The notes: generated by a model from the letters alone, not told the origin. A stretch of 64,000 nt of DNA from an uncultured Gammaproteobacteria bacterium (GCA_964640635.1 CAZXFD010000003.1:65149-129148), one strand, 5' to 3'; positions 9,115 through 18,703 are shown, counted from the first letter of the stretch. Numbers and translations are program-made.

Positions 9115-9504
9115 ATGGATGTAAATAAAATTACATTGCTAGGCAGAATTGTAAATGATCCGGTAGTGAAAAAGACAAAAACCGGAAAAGATTTAACAAG
9201 TTGCTCTTTTGCAACAAACCTTATTTGGAAAAGCGCAAAGGGCGCTAACACGACAAAAGAAGTAGAGTTTCACAATCTTATTTTTTGGGGACCAATAGCT
9301 TCTATCGCTGGCAAGTATCTAAAAAAAGGAGATAGAGTCTATGTCGAGGGAAGACTTAGAACAAGAAAATGGGAAGACAAAAACAAGGTAATGCACTACA
9401 AGACGGAAGTTATTGTGGGGGAGCTTGTGATGCTCGGTGGAAAAAAAGCAGAGCAAACAGCAAAAGAACTTGCTGTTGAAGAAATTATTGTTGAAGAACA
9501 ATAA
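9115..9504 (+). CDS. ssb: Single-stranded DNA-binding protein (short form)
   Basis: NKITLLGR..DP...FH....W......YLKKG..VYVEGRLRTRKW; lacks the long linker and DDDIPF tail. Confidence 0.95.
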   Translation: MDVNKITLLGRIVNDPVVKKTKTGKDLTSCSFATNLIWKSAKGANTTKEVEFHNLIFWGPIASIAGKYLKKGDRVYVEGRLRTRKWEDKNKVMHYKTEVIVGELVMLGGKKAEQTAKELAVEEIIVEEQ

Positions 9505-9511
9505 CTCTTAT

Positions 9512-9573
9512 GTTTCACTTGGCGTTTTTTGATTCAACTTCGGCCGTTGATAAAAAAGCGCCAAGTAGAAACA
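9512..9573. other. Long stem-loop between ssb and the lamin-tail gene
   Basis: gtttcacttggcgtttttt...aaaaaagcgccaagtagaaac. Confidence 0.7.
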
Positions 9574-9603
9574 ATGATTTAAATTTTTAAATTTTATAAT
9601 TCT

Positions 9604-12141
9604 ATGTCAAATTATTCAAAAAGTTTATATTTTATTTTATTAATAATTTTCTTTTTTTCACTTTTGATATTTATAAATATTACTAGAGCTGAGGGAATAA
9701 TTTTTTCGGAAATAATGTATGATCCAGTAGGATCTGATTCTGGCAATGAATGGATAGAGCTTCTTAATAAAACAACAAGCAGTATATCTATTGGATCGGA
9801 TTGGAGATTAAGCGACTCATCAAATCACTTGATAAATTTTTATAATGGCCCAACAAGTGTTTGGCCAGGAAGTTTTTTTGTAATAACTCAAAATGCTTCA
9901 AATTTTTTAAATAATTACCCAAACTATACAAGTCTTTATAGGCCACTTTATGAATCTTCTTTTTCTTTGAATAATGCTTCTGGAACAATAAAATTATTTC
10001 AAGGTTCAAACTTAATAACAGAACAGGGATATACATCGGTAATTGGTGGAAATGGAAATGGAAAAGCATTAGAGAGAGTAACTCCTCAATTTAATGATAA
10101 TGTATGGACAGAAGGATGGGTAATTGGTGGAACCCCAGGAAGTCTTTCTAATACGCCACCGACTCTTTATGCACCAATTCCTATAATAAAAGTTTCTACT
10201 ACAACAATTTACGTGGGGAATAGTCTATTATTTGATGCGAGTTCTTCAACCGATCAAAATGGAGATACTCTAAATTATCTTTGGAATATTGGAAATATTG
10301 CAAGTTCAACAGATCAAATTTTTACATATTGTTTTCTAAATTCTGGGACATATAACGTATCTCTTACTGTTTCAGACGCTACTTCATCAAATACAGCAAA
10401 CGTAACAATAAATGTTTTGGAAAATGACATAGAAATTCCCTTGATTAATTATACAGGGAAAATTATATTAAATGAGCTATTGCCTAATCCCGAAGGAGAC
10501 GATGATGGTGAATGGATAGAATTAAAAAATATATCAAGCGATGATATTGATCTAACAGATTTTTTAATTCAAGATGAGTCTGGAAGAGATTATCTCATAT
10601 CTCCAGATGATTTTTCTACAACAACAATAAAGGCAGGAGAATTTTTTGCAATTGACTACACTATTTCAAGAATCATCTTAAATAATACCGGAGACAAAGT
10701 TACTATTTTTGATAATAATGAAAACAAAATCTCAGAAATTTCTTATTCTAGTGTAAAAGAAGGACAATCTTTTGCTAGATTTACTAATTCTTGGAATTGG
10801 ACTACTAGTCCAACAAAAGGCTTAGAAAATGTTTTGACAGAAAGCACACAAGAATCTAGTTCCGTTACAATTATTAATAATACTACAAACAATACGAGTG
10901 ATATCACAAAGCAAGATGATATTATCTGTGATTTAAATAGTTTAAATAAAAGCATTGTTATCTCTGAAATTTTTCCAAATCCAGTAGGTGATGATACCAA
11001 AGAATTTATAGAAATTTATAATCCAAATGATTATGATATAAATATTAGCAATTGGAAAATAAAAGATTTGTCGTCGTCATTTTTTAAATTAACGGGCTTG
11101 ATAAAGTCAAAATCATATTTTCTTATATCAAGAGAAGATTCCAAACTCGCTCTCAATAATTCTAAAGAAGAGATTTTTATTTATGATTGTAAGGATGTTT
11201 TAATAACAAATTTAAAATATGACAAGTCATACGAGAATCAGTCATATTCTTATAACTTATTAAACAAAGAATATTTTTGGACAAAAAACACGACACCAGG
11301 AGAAGAAAATATTTTTGATATTAAAGAAGATGTGGACAGTAAAGAAATAGCCACCTCGACTATTATAGAAGAACTTTATAAAGACGAAGAAGAAGCAATG
11401 CAAGAATATTCAAGTGTATTTTTTAATGAGCTTTCCCAAAATGAAACTGTTATTGGATACGGAGCTATTGTTTTGACTCAGAATAAAATTTCAAATAACT
11501 CAGCGTATATTTGTAACTATAAATTACAAGAAAAAATTGTTGATTATTATGATTGTATAAATTTATATTTCAATGGAAAGTGGCCAGCTATTAAAAGAGG
11601 TTCAATTATAAAGTTCAGCGGAAAGTTTTCACAAAGCGCAAGTTCTAAAAAAATCAAAATTTCAAAAAAAGAAAATATTGAAGTTGTAGATTCTGTAAAA
11701 TTATTGAGTCCGGATGAAATTTTAATTAGTAACATAGATGAAGGATTACTAGGATCTTTTATTTCTATAAAAGGAAAAATTTCTAAGTTAAATCAAAAAA
11801 GTTTCAATATTAAACTTGATGAAGAGGAATTTAAAATAAAAATTGTCACAAAGGATATAGACTTAAAAAGTTTTATTAAAGAAGAAAATGTTTTCGTAAG
11901 TGGGATAGTTTTGAAAGAAAAAGATTCTTTTATTTTGGCACTTGGCAACAAGAGCGATCTCATTAAAGATTTACAGGTAGAAGAAAATATAGATATCTTG
12001 GGAGAGAAAATAGAGAGCAAAGAAACTATTAATCTAGTTGAAGATAAAGAAAGCTTTTTTATAAAAATAGTTTCTAATATAGGAAAATTTTTTGGCTCAA
12101 TTAGAAGTAGTTTTGTGAATAAACTTTTCGCATCTAAATAA
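9604..12141 (+). CDS. Secreted/membrane protein with three lamin-tail (LTD) domains, a PKD domain and probable OB folds
   Basis: Repeated SEIMYDP/NELLPNP/SEIFPNP..D..EWIEL.N and TPG motifs; FDASSSTD..GD.L.Y.W PKD motif. Confidence 0.88.
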   Translation: MSNYSKSLYFILLIIFFFSLLIFINITRAEGIIFSEIMYDPVGSDSGNEWIELLNKTTSSISIGSDWRLSDSSNHLINFYNGPTSVWPGSFFVITQNASNFLNNYPNYTSLYRPLYESSFSLNNASGTIKLFQGSNLITEQGYTSVIGGNGNGKALERVTPQFNDNVWTEGWVIGGTPGSLSNTPPTLYAPIPIIKVSTTTIYVGNSLLFDASSSTDQNGDTLNYLWNIGNIASSTDQIFTYCFLNSGTYNVSLTVSDATSSNTANVTINVLENDIEIPLINYTGKIILNELLPNPEGDDDGEWIELKNISSDDIDLTDFLIQDESGRDYLISPDDFSTTTIKAGEFFAIDYTISRIILNNTGDKVTIFDNNENKISEISYSSVKEGQSFARFTNSWNWTTSPTKGLENVLTESTQESSSVTIINNTTNNTSDITKQDDIICDLNSLNKSIVISEIFPNPVGDDTKEFIEIYNPNDYDINISNWKIKDLSSSFFKLTGLIKSKSYFLISREDSKLALNNSKEEIFIYDCKDVLITNLKYDKSYENQSYSYNLLNKEYFWTKNTTPGEENIFDIKEDVDSKEIATSTIIEELYKDEEEAMQEYSSVFFNELSQNETVIGYGAIVLTQNKISNNSAYICNYKLQEKIVDYYDCINLYFNGKWPAIKRGSIIKFSGKFSQSASSKKIKISKKENIEVVDSVKLLSPDEILISNIDEGLLGSFISIKGKISKLNQKSFNIKLDEEEFKIKIVTKDIDLKSFIKEENVFVSGIVLKEKDSFILALGNKSDLIKDLQVEENIDILGEKIESKETINLVEDKESFFIKIVSNIGKFFGSIRSSFVNKLFASK

Positions 12142-12285
12142 AAAAAATCTTCCCTCACTCACCTATTTGAAGAATCAAAATCAATTGATTGTTTTGAAGG
12201 TAAGCAAGAGAAGATATTAAAGCGACATCTTTCTACTCAGCCCTACGTTTTATTGTAAAGCATTCTAGGAGAAGAAAAATATCAT
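12139..12285 (-). ncRNA. Candidate ~140-nt structured sRNA
   Basis: TTGACT-16-TATAAT promoter upstream, no ORF, 18-bp G.U-containing stem followed by a U tract. Confidence 0.45.
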
Positions 12286-12592
12286 TTTTATTATAACTCT
12301 TTTGCAAATGAAGTCAAATAAAATTTCAAAGAATATAAAAAAGTAAAAAAAGTCTAATAAAAATGAGTTTTTTGGAGATAGCAAATCGTGATTTTAGAAA
12401 AAATATTTATAACAAAATAGTATTTATGAAATTAAATTTAATAATAAAAGTAATATTTACTAAAAAATATTTTGTTCAAACAAGTCTATTGTCTGTATAT
12501 TGTATTGGTGATAGAGAAATGAAAAATATTTTACAAAAAAAAGAAAACCCAGTTTTGACTTTGGATTTTGATTTAAAAGATAAAACTCTTTA

Positions 12593-13060
12593 TTAATATT
12601 TTTTATCAAAATATAAATTAAGATAATATTTATACATAGCACCAATATTTTTTGGAATTTGTTTTTTAGAATTTATTATTTTATAGTTAGAAAAGTGATT
12701 TTTATTTATATTATATTTTTTTGACAGAGCAATTTTTATAAGATAACAAGTGGATAAATCTTGTCTATTATTTTCAGTTTTAAATTTTCCTACGTATTGA
12801 CCCAGAAAAACTTTTTTACTTGTGTTTATTTTTAGGCCAATTTCGTTTTTAGCAATTCTTTTTAGTGTATCATTTATATTTTCTGATTTAAATATTCTTA
12901 GTCCTGGCAGTGCCCATTTGCCTCGATATGGCGCAATAGATCTTTTTAGTATTATCACACTACCCTCTTCACATTCAAGGATAATATCAAAGGTTGCAAT
13001 TACAGACCATTTTAATATTTGATCAAATATTTTTTTTGGAGCAAGCTTTATTTTTGACAT
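12593..13060 (-). CDS. NUDIX hydrolase (GDP-mannose mannosyl hydrolase-like)
   Basis: KR...PY.G.WALPG.RI.K.E......KR.AKNE.G. Confidence 0.85.
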   Translation of the reverse strand: MSKIKLAPKKIFDQILKWSVIATFDIILECEEGSVIILKRSIAPYRGKWALPGLRIFKSENINDTLKRIAKNEIGLKINTSKKVFLGQYVGKFKTENNRQDLSTCYLIKIALSKKYNINKNHFSNYKIINSKKQIPKNIGAMYKYYLNLYFDKKY

Positions 13061-13276
13061 ATCAATAAATATTTATTTTTTAGCATCTTTATTTATTGTA
13101 TAACATAAATAACTTAGCTTACAATAGAATACCCTCGGTATTGATAAGTATTTAAAAATGATATAATGTATAATAGAATTTAGAATATAGAATGCTGAAT
13201 AATGAATTTAAATATATTATTCGTTTATTATATAATTAATTCAAACTTCAAAGTTTATCATTCAAAATTAATGTTT

Positions 13277-13327
13277 GCCCTCATAGTTTAATGGACCCGC
13301 GCCATCGTTTTACTTTGGCGGGGCAAG
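13277..13327 (+). pseudogene. Duplicated 5' fragment of tRNA-Arg(CCT) fused to a GC-rich hairpin element
   Basis: gccctcatagtttaatgga (13277-13295) is identical to 13381-13399; followed by cccgcgcca...tggcggggcaag. Confidence 0.75.
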
Positions 13328-13380
13328 CAGTGCGGATATAAAAATTATAAAAGTTTACTGAATAATCTCTTTGTAAATAT

Positions 13381-13455
13381 GCCCTCATAGTTTAATGGAT
13401 AAAACAAATCCGTCCTAAGGATAAGCTGGAGGTTCGATTCCTTCTGGGGGCACCA
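13381..13455 (+). tRNA. tRNA-Arg(CCT)
   Basis: Cloverleaf, anticodon loop GTCCTAA, GTTCGATTC T-loop, encoded CCA. Confidence 0.93.
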
Positions 13456-13646
13456 CACTACACTGTGTGAAATCTCAAATTACAAATAACAAATTCTAAA
13501 AAATTTGATTTTATTATTTATATAACTATCTTAGTAGGTATATTGAATTAGTAAAGGATTTATGTGTAAATAGATGTTGGTATATAGTCGTTGTTGATTT
13601 ATTTTTTTTAATTTTATATACTTTACTTAGGTAAAGTGATAATAAT

Positions 13647-13904
13647 ATGCAACAGAACAAGAAATTACAAGAAAGTTTTTATAAAAAAATATTGAGTTTA
13701 AAAAACAAAAAAGATTTGACTCATTTTTTTAATAATTTTTTTTCGCAAAACGAATTAAATGAGCTTACAAATAGGTTTTATGTTGCAGGTCTCTTAAACC
13801 AAAACATTTCTTATATTAAAATACAGGAGAATACAAAAATAAGTTCTCGTACAATTGCAAAAATTTCCAAGATTGTAAAAAATAAAAGAAACAACTTTTT
13901 ATAA
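13647..13904 (+). CDS. TrpR/YerC-YecD-like HTH protein
   Basis: FF...FS..EL.EL..RF.VA.LL....SY..I...T..SS.TIA.IS. Confidence 0.85.
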   Translation: MQQNKKLQESFYKKILSLKNKKDLTHFFNNFFSQNELNELTNRFYVAGLLNQNISYIKIQENTKISSRTIAKISKIVKNKRNNFL

Positions 13905-13981
13905 GCTTTGATACAGGCTTTAATTTTGAGTGGAGACAAGATAATGTTTCGTGTATATTCTTTATTGTAAATTTGCTAAAA

Positions 13982-13997
13982 TGTTCCACGTGGAACA
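13982..13997. promoter_or_regulatory. parS site 1
   Basis: TGTTCCACGTGGAACA perfect palindrome matching the ParB/Spo0J consensus. Confidence 0.92.
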
Positions 13998-14107
13998 TTA
14001 TGCTATTTTTTGGCTTGTATAAAGCAATGTTGTAATAAAGCTATAATTTTATTGACTATATAAAGTGTCTTTGTTAACATAAAAGATACATAAATTAGGA
14101 GGATGGT

Positions 14108-14533
14108 ATGTCAAGTATTATATTATTTGAAGAAGATGAGTGTTTGTCTTGTATTCAGGGTATATGCGTTGAAGAGGCTCCAGATAGATTGCCTGGCATT
14201 ATATATTTTAATTATTATCGTAGTTCAATTGGAGATATATGTAAATTTTCAGAAATACAAGAAAAGACTATTTTTGTGGCTAATTGGGAAATGGGTTTAA
14301 GATTTGATGAGAGTTATCGTCTTTATTCTATGCACAATAAAAGAGAAGATTTTTACCCTTTTGTACAAAATGTGCTTAGTAAAGAACCAAATTTTCTAAA
14401 ATTTTACCCAACAAACGCAATTGTTTTGAAAATTGGTATATTGTTGCATAAGGATATAATAATTCATGACGTTGGTAGTTGGTTAATAACAGATCACTTG
14501 TTGTTTTTTAAAGACAACATTTTCCCTATATAG
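14108..14533 (+). CDS. Hypothetical protein
   Basis: AGGAGG RBS, TTGACT promoter. Confidence 0.65.
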   Translation: MSSIILFEEDECLSCIQGICVEEAPDRLPGIIYFNYYRSSIGDICKFSEIQEKTIFVANWEMGLRFDESYRLYSMHNKREDFYPFVQNVLSKEPNFLKFYPTNAIVLKIGILLHKDIIIHDVGSWLITDHLLFFKDNIFPI

Positions 14534-14655
14534 AAGCACTATAAATTATTAAATGTTAGATGCATAATCTGACGTTTTTTATATATAAAATATTTAGTAC
14601 CCGTATGGCCATAACTAGACGATGAATTTATTTTAAGTATTCTGTAACATAGAAA

Positions 14656-14671
14656 TGTTTCACGTGGAACA
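14656..14671. promoter_or_regulatory. parS site 2
   Basis: TGTTTCACGTGGAACA. Confidence 0.92.
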
Positions 14672-14770
14672 TTTTGTTGACTTTTGTTTATTTCAAGCCA
14701 TTATTTTCTATTGAATTATAGATATTTATATGCTAATGTGATTAAAATAATAAAAATACAGGAGGAGATA

Positions 14771-15214
14771 ATGACAAAGCTTACTTTTGCAATAAGAAGA
14801 TTTGCCTCAGACACTCTTCCAGGGGTATTTATTTCTATTGGAGGAGGTATAGTAAATGAGTTTTTTATAGCTCAAATGAATTTTAAGCAGATTTTGATAT
14901 CTAGGCTTATTTCTCTTGTGGTAACTTTTACAACTTCCTGGGTTTATGCAGAAACTCGTGATACATTTTTAAATCTTTTTAGATATAGCGAAAAAGAAGG
15001 TAAAAATTTTAAATATTGGGTTATTAATACATCTTGTTCTATGTATTTTGGAGGATCTTTATATTTAATAATACTTGCTATATCAGGAGTAGATCAAGAA
15101 CAAGCAAAAATAGCGCTAGGCAACGTTTTACTTGTAAAGGCTTTTGTAGGTTATCCTTATGGGATTATACTTGATTTATCAAGAAAGTTCTTTAAAGCAG
15201 ATAAAAAAAGATAA
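14771..15214 (+). CDS. AlaE-like (L-alanine exporter-like) membrane protein
   Basis: DT...NE.FIA.M...Q.L.SRL...Y...RD...G.PYG..LD..RK.F; AGGAGG RBS. Confidence 0.7.
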   Translation: MTKLTFAIRRFASDTLPGVFISIGGGIVNEFFIAQMNFKQILISRLISLVVTFTTSWVYAETRDTFLNLFRYSEKEGKNFKYWVINTSCSMYFGGSLYLIILAISGVDQEQAKIALGNVLLVKAFVGYPYGIILDLSRKFFKADKKR

Positions 15215-15275
15215 ATCCGCATCTTAAATAAGAGGCGGATTTTTTAATATATTAAACTATTATATTTTATAAAAA

Positions 15276-15291
15276 TGTTCCACGTGGAACA
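15276..15291. promoter_or_regulatory. parS site 3
   Basis: TGTTCCACGTGGAACA. Confidence 0.92.
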
Positions 15292-15393
15292 TTTTATAGT
15301 TTTTTAGCTTGTATAAGCAAAATAAATAGAAGTAATTTATATACAAGTATCTACTTCCCATAATATGTATTTTAAGTAGGAATCAGTCTTAAA

Positions 15394-15409
15394 TGTTCCA
15401 CGTGGAACA
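15394..15409. promoter_or_regulatory. parS site 4
   Basis: TGTTCCACGTGGAACA. Confidence 0.92.
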
Positions 15410-15899
15410 TTATGCTATATTCTGGCTTGTATAAGCCAATTTAGTAAAAGTATATTATGAGGTTAAAGAGCTTTTGCTCCTCGACTCTATTTTGACTCAC
15501 TATGTTTGTTCAGTGTCGCTCGAGGTTGTTTTTCATTAAATTAGTTTTTGGGTTGTTGTTTATGAAGATGTTTGATTAACTTTACGAGCTTTGTCAAAAC
15601 AAAAAACTCCCCAGAAGATTTTTTTCTAAGGAGTTTGCACTCCCCAACATTAGGCCTATTACCAAGCAGATGAGCTTAATAATTTCCAGTTACATTCTTA
15701 TTTGAGAAGCATTAATTTTTTTGCAAATAGTCTCTTTTTTCGTATGGTTTTTTATTTATTCTCACCATTTTGGTAGGAAATAAATTTTATTGTGTTTTAT
15801 TTTTGTTTTTCGATTAAAAAGATAATTTGCTATTTTTTCTCTATTACAATTATAGCATTTTTTGTAATTGGGGTCAACAGTTTATATTATGGCTTAAAA

Positions 15900-16200
15900 T
15901 GGAGAAAATATAGAGTATATTAATATATTAATTATGACATATTAATACACTAAAGTCAAACGTATATTAACATGCCTGTGGATAAGTCTGTGGATATGTT
16001 GTTAGCCGTGGGGATAACTATTTGAAAGCCCAATATTTATAGTATTAAAAAAGTGGATAATTCTGAACATGGATATGGGCTTGGGATAAGCAGCAAGAAA
16101 TGAATAGCATGTTGATCTTTGTGTTACTAAATATATTAATCAAGTATCGAATAATTTTTTGTATTTTAGAGATATGTGAATAAGTTTATGTAGTCTATAA
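15900..16200. other. Candidate oriC (DnaA-box cluster plus AT-rich segment)
   Basis: Same-orientation boxes TGTGGATAA 15977, TGTGGATAT 15989, TGGGGATAA 16009, AGTGGATAA 16052, TTGGGATAA 16081, TGTGAATAA 16175, in a 1.1-kb intergenic region next to parS. Confidence 0.7.
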
Positions 16201-16315
16201 ATTAGTAGAATTTTTTCATTTACTATGATAAAATGTATTTATAAATTTTATTTATGAAATGTTCAGCTATGCTTACTATATTAAGACGTTAGTGAGCGAC
16301 TGGACAAAAAACAAA

Positions 16316-17347
16316 ATGGAAATAAATAGTTTATTAAAAGAAGCTGTTGAAAAAGGTGCGTCAGATCTTCATTTGGCAGTAGGACATAATCCCATTATAA
16401 GAATTGATGGAGAAATGATAGAATTAGATAGTTACGGAGAAATATCTGTTACAGAGAATAAAAAAATGATTGATAGTATTTTGACAGTGAATCAAAAAAA
16501 GAAATATCAAGACGAAAGAGAGTTGGATTTATCTTATGAAATAAATAAGGTTGGAAGATTTAGAATAAATTTATTTTGGGAAAGAGATAATCCAGGACTT
16601 GTTGCAAGAATTATAAATCATGAAATTCCAGAACTTGAAGATATTGGATTGGGTGAAGTTGTTTTGAAAATGCTAAAACAAAAACAGGGACTTATACTTG
16701 TTACTGGTCTTACGGGAAGTGGAAAGTCAACTACACTTGCCTCTATGGTGAATTATTTGAATAAAAATGATTCTTTAGCAATAGTTACATTAGAGGATCC
16801 AATAGAGTATCTTTTTCCAAAATCAAAAAGCATAATTGCTCAAAGAGAATTAGGATCTGATATGCTTAGTTTCGCAGAAGGATTAAGACATGTATTAAGA
16901 CAAGATCCAAATGTTATTATGGTAGGAGAAATGAGAGATTTAGAATCTATTGCATTAGTTTTAACGCTTGCGGAAACAGGACATTTGGTTTTGGCTACAA
17001 TTCATACACCAAGTGCAGCACAAGTGGTAGATAGAATAATAGATGTTTTTCCAGCCTACCAACAGCAACAAATTAGATTACAGTTTGCAACTATTTTAAC
17101 GGGTGTAATATCTCAACAATTGTTGCCAAAGAAAGGCGGAGGAAGAATTGCTGCAAGAGAGGTATTATTAAACACCCCAGCAGTTTCAAACATTATAAGA
17201 GAAAACAAAATCCCACAGATAAAAACAGTTCTTCAAACTAGCGCAGACAAAGGCATGATGACAATGAATCAGTCAATTAAGTCTCTCTATGAAAATGATT
17301 TAATAGATAAAGATATTGCAAAAAGTTATTTTGTCGAAGAAGATTAA
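16316..17347 (+). CDS. pilT: Type IV pilus retraction ATPase PilT
   Basis: GASDLHL, GLTGSGKSTTLA, EDPIEY, LRQDP...VGEMRD, AETGHLV. Confidence 0.96.
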   Translation: MEINSLLKEAVEKGASDLHLAVGHNPIIRIDGEMIELDSYGEISVTENKKMIDSILTVNQKKKYQDERELDLSYEINKVGRFRINLFWERDNPGLVARIINHEIPELEDIGLGEVVLKMLKQKQGLILVTGLTGSGKSTTLASMVNYLNKNDSLAIVTLEDPIEYLFPKSKSIIAQRELGSDMLSFAEGLRHVLRQDPNVIMVGEMRDLESIALVLTLAETGHLVLATIHTPSAAQVVDRIIDVFPAYQQQQIRLQFATILTGVISQQLLPKKGGGRIAAREVLLNTPAVSNIIRENKIPQIKTVLQTSADKGMMTMNQSIKSLYENDLIDKDIAKSYFVEED

Positions 17348-17410
17348 TCACTTAATATATAACATGCCCGGACTGTTGTGCGCGATGTTGCAGGCGGGAG
17401 AATAAAAACT

Positions 17411-18175
17411 ATGGAGAAAAATAGTTTGATAATTTTAGCTGCAGGAAGAGGAAAAAGAATGAATTCTGATATGCCTAAGGCCCTCACCAATTTAAATGGA
17501 ATATCTTTGATTGAAAATCTTTTAAATACAATTAAAGAAACGAGTCATAGAGACGTTTCTATTATAGTAGGCTTTAATGGTGAGATGATTATAGAAAAAC
17601 TTGCAGGAGCTTCATATAATTTTTTTTGGCAAAGAGAACAGCTTGGAACAGGACATGCTGTGAAACAAGCAGAAGAATTTTTGAAAGGAAAATATGACAA
17701 TCATTTGATTCTTTGTGGGGACTCACCATTTATTTCAAAAGATACTATAGAGAGCATTATAAGCGCACATGAAAAAGATGCATCCGTTATTACAATGGTA
17801 ACTTTAAAATTAGAAAATTTTGATGGTGAAAATAATGGTTTTTATCATTTTGGAAGAATTATAAGAGATGAGGATGGAGCTGTCTTAAAAATTGTAGAAT
17901 TTAAAGATGCAAGCGAAGAAGAAAAAAATATTACAGAAGTAAATGTAGTCGTTTATTGCATTAGAGATAACTGGTTATGGAAAAATTTAGAAGAAATTAA
18001 GAATAACAATAATCAAAAGGAGTATTATCTTACAGATTTAATTCAAATAGCAAGATTACAAGGACTTAAAGTGAATTCGATTATTTCTTATAAAGGTTTT
18101 GAGATGATGGGTGTCAATACACCAGAGGAATTGTTGAGGGCACAGGAGATATATAAAAAAAGCCATAGCTATTGA
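17411..18175 (+). CDS. GlmU-like nucleotidyltransferase (uridyltransferase domain only)
   Basis: IILAAGRGKRM.S..PK, QLGTGHAV, EYYLTD, GVN; no hexapeptide acetyltransferase domain. Confidence 0.88.
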   Translation: MEKNSLIILAAGRGKRMNSDMPKALTNLNGISLIENLLNTIKETSHRDVSIIVGFNGEMIIEKLAGASYNFFWQREQLGTGHAVKQAEEFLKGKYDNHLILCGDSPFISKDTIESIISAHEKDASVITMVTLKLENFDGENNGFYHFGRIIRDEDGAVLKIVEFKDASEEEKNITEVNVVVYCIRDNWLWKNLEEIKNNNNQKEYYLTDLIQIARLQGLKVNSIISYKGFEMMGVNTPEELLRAQEIYKKSHSY

Positions 18176-18282
18176 CATTATTTTGTTTTTACATTAGTAT
18201 TTTTAAGGTAATAACTTTATTTATCCTGTTTACTCGCTGAGTTTGAATATTAACAAAGTGGGTAACTGGAGCAAGGAAATAT

Positions 18283-18621
18283 ATGAAAAAAGAAATCAAA
18301 CAAGGAATAATAGGATTAGAAATAGAACCAGGCATGATTGTCAGAGTTCATGAGAAAATCAAGGAAAAAAATGCAAAAGGTGAAGAGAAACAAAGAGTTC
18401 AAGTTTTTGAAGGTATTGTGATTGCAAGAAAACATGGAAAAGAGGCAGGAGCAACAATAACAGTAAGAAAAGTTTCAGACGGTGTTGGCGTTGAAAAAAT
18501 ATTTCCAGTACATTCACCACTTATAGAAAAAATAGAGGTTAAGAGTAGAATAAAATCTACAAAAGCAAAGCTTTATTATCTTAGAAGTTATAAAAAAAGA
18601 CTCAAGAAGGTTGCTATTTAA
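18283..18621 (+). CDS. rplS: 50S ribosomal protein L19
   Basis: [10 protein letters not shown]...[18 protein letters not shown]...KLYYLR. Confidence 0.98.
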   Translation: MKKEIKQGIIGLEIEPGMIVRVHEKIKEKNAKGEEKQRVQVFEGIVIARKHGKEAGATITVRKVSDGVGVEKIFPVHSPLIEKIEVKSRIKSTKAKLYYLRSYKKRLKKVAI

Positions 18622-18630
18622 ATTATTTTG

Positions 18631-18703
18631 GCACGGGTGGCGGAACCCCGCACAATTCCTCTTCGGCAAGCTCAGAGTCATTTGCGGGGCAAGTGGTATC
18701 GCT
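18631..18703 (+). pseudogene. tRNA-Leu-like 5' fragment interrupted in the D-loop by a GC-rich hairpin element
   Basis: gcacgggtggcggaa [ccccgcac...tgcggggcaag] tggtatcgc. Confidence 0.6.

Noticed and set aside
13277-13455. Self-splicing intron in tRNA-Arg
   Set aside because: The insert is far too short for a group I or II intron and the downstream tRNA is already complete.
13979-15445. Repeated palindrome as a CRISPR array
   Set aside because: Spacing is irregular (about 120-670 bp) with genes in between, no cas genes are present, and the 16-mer matches the parS consensus.
17411-18175. GlmU lacking its acetyltransferase domain as a pseudogene
   Set aside because: It ends cleanly at the domain boundary with no downstream remnant, consistent with a stand-alone nucleotidyltransferase.
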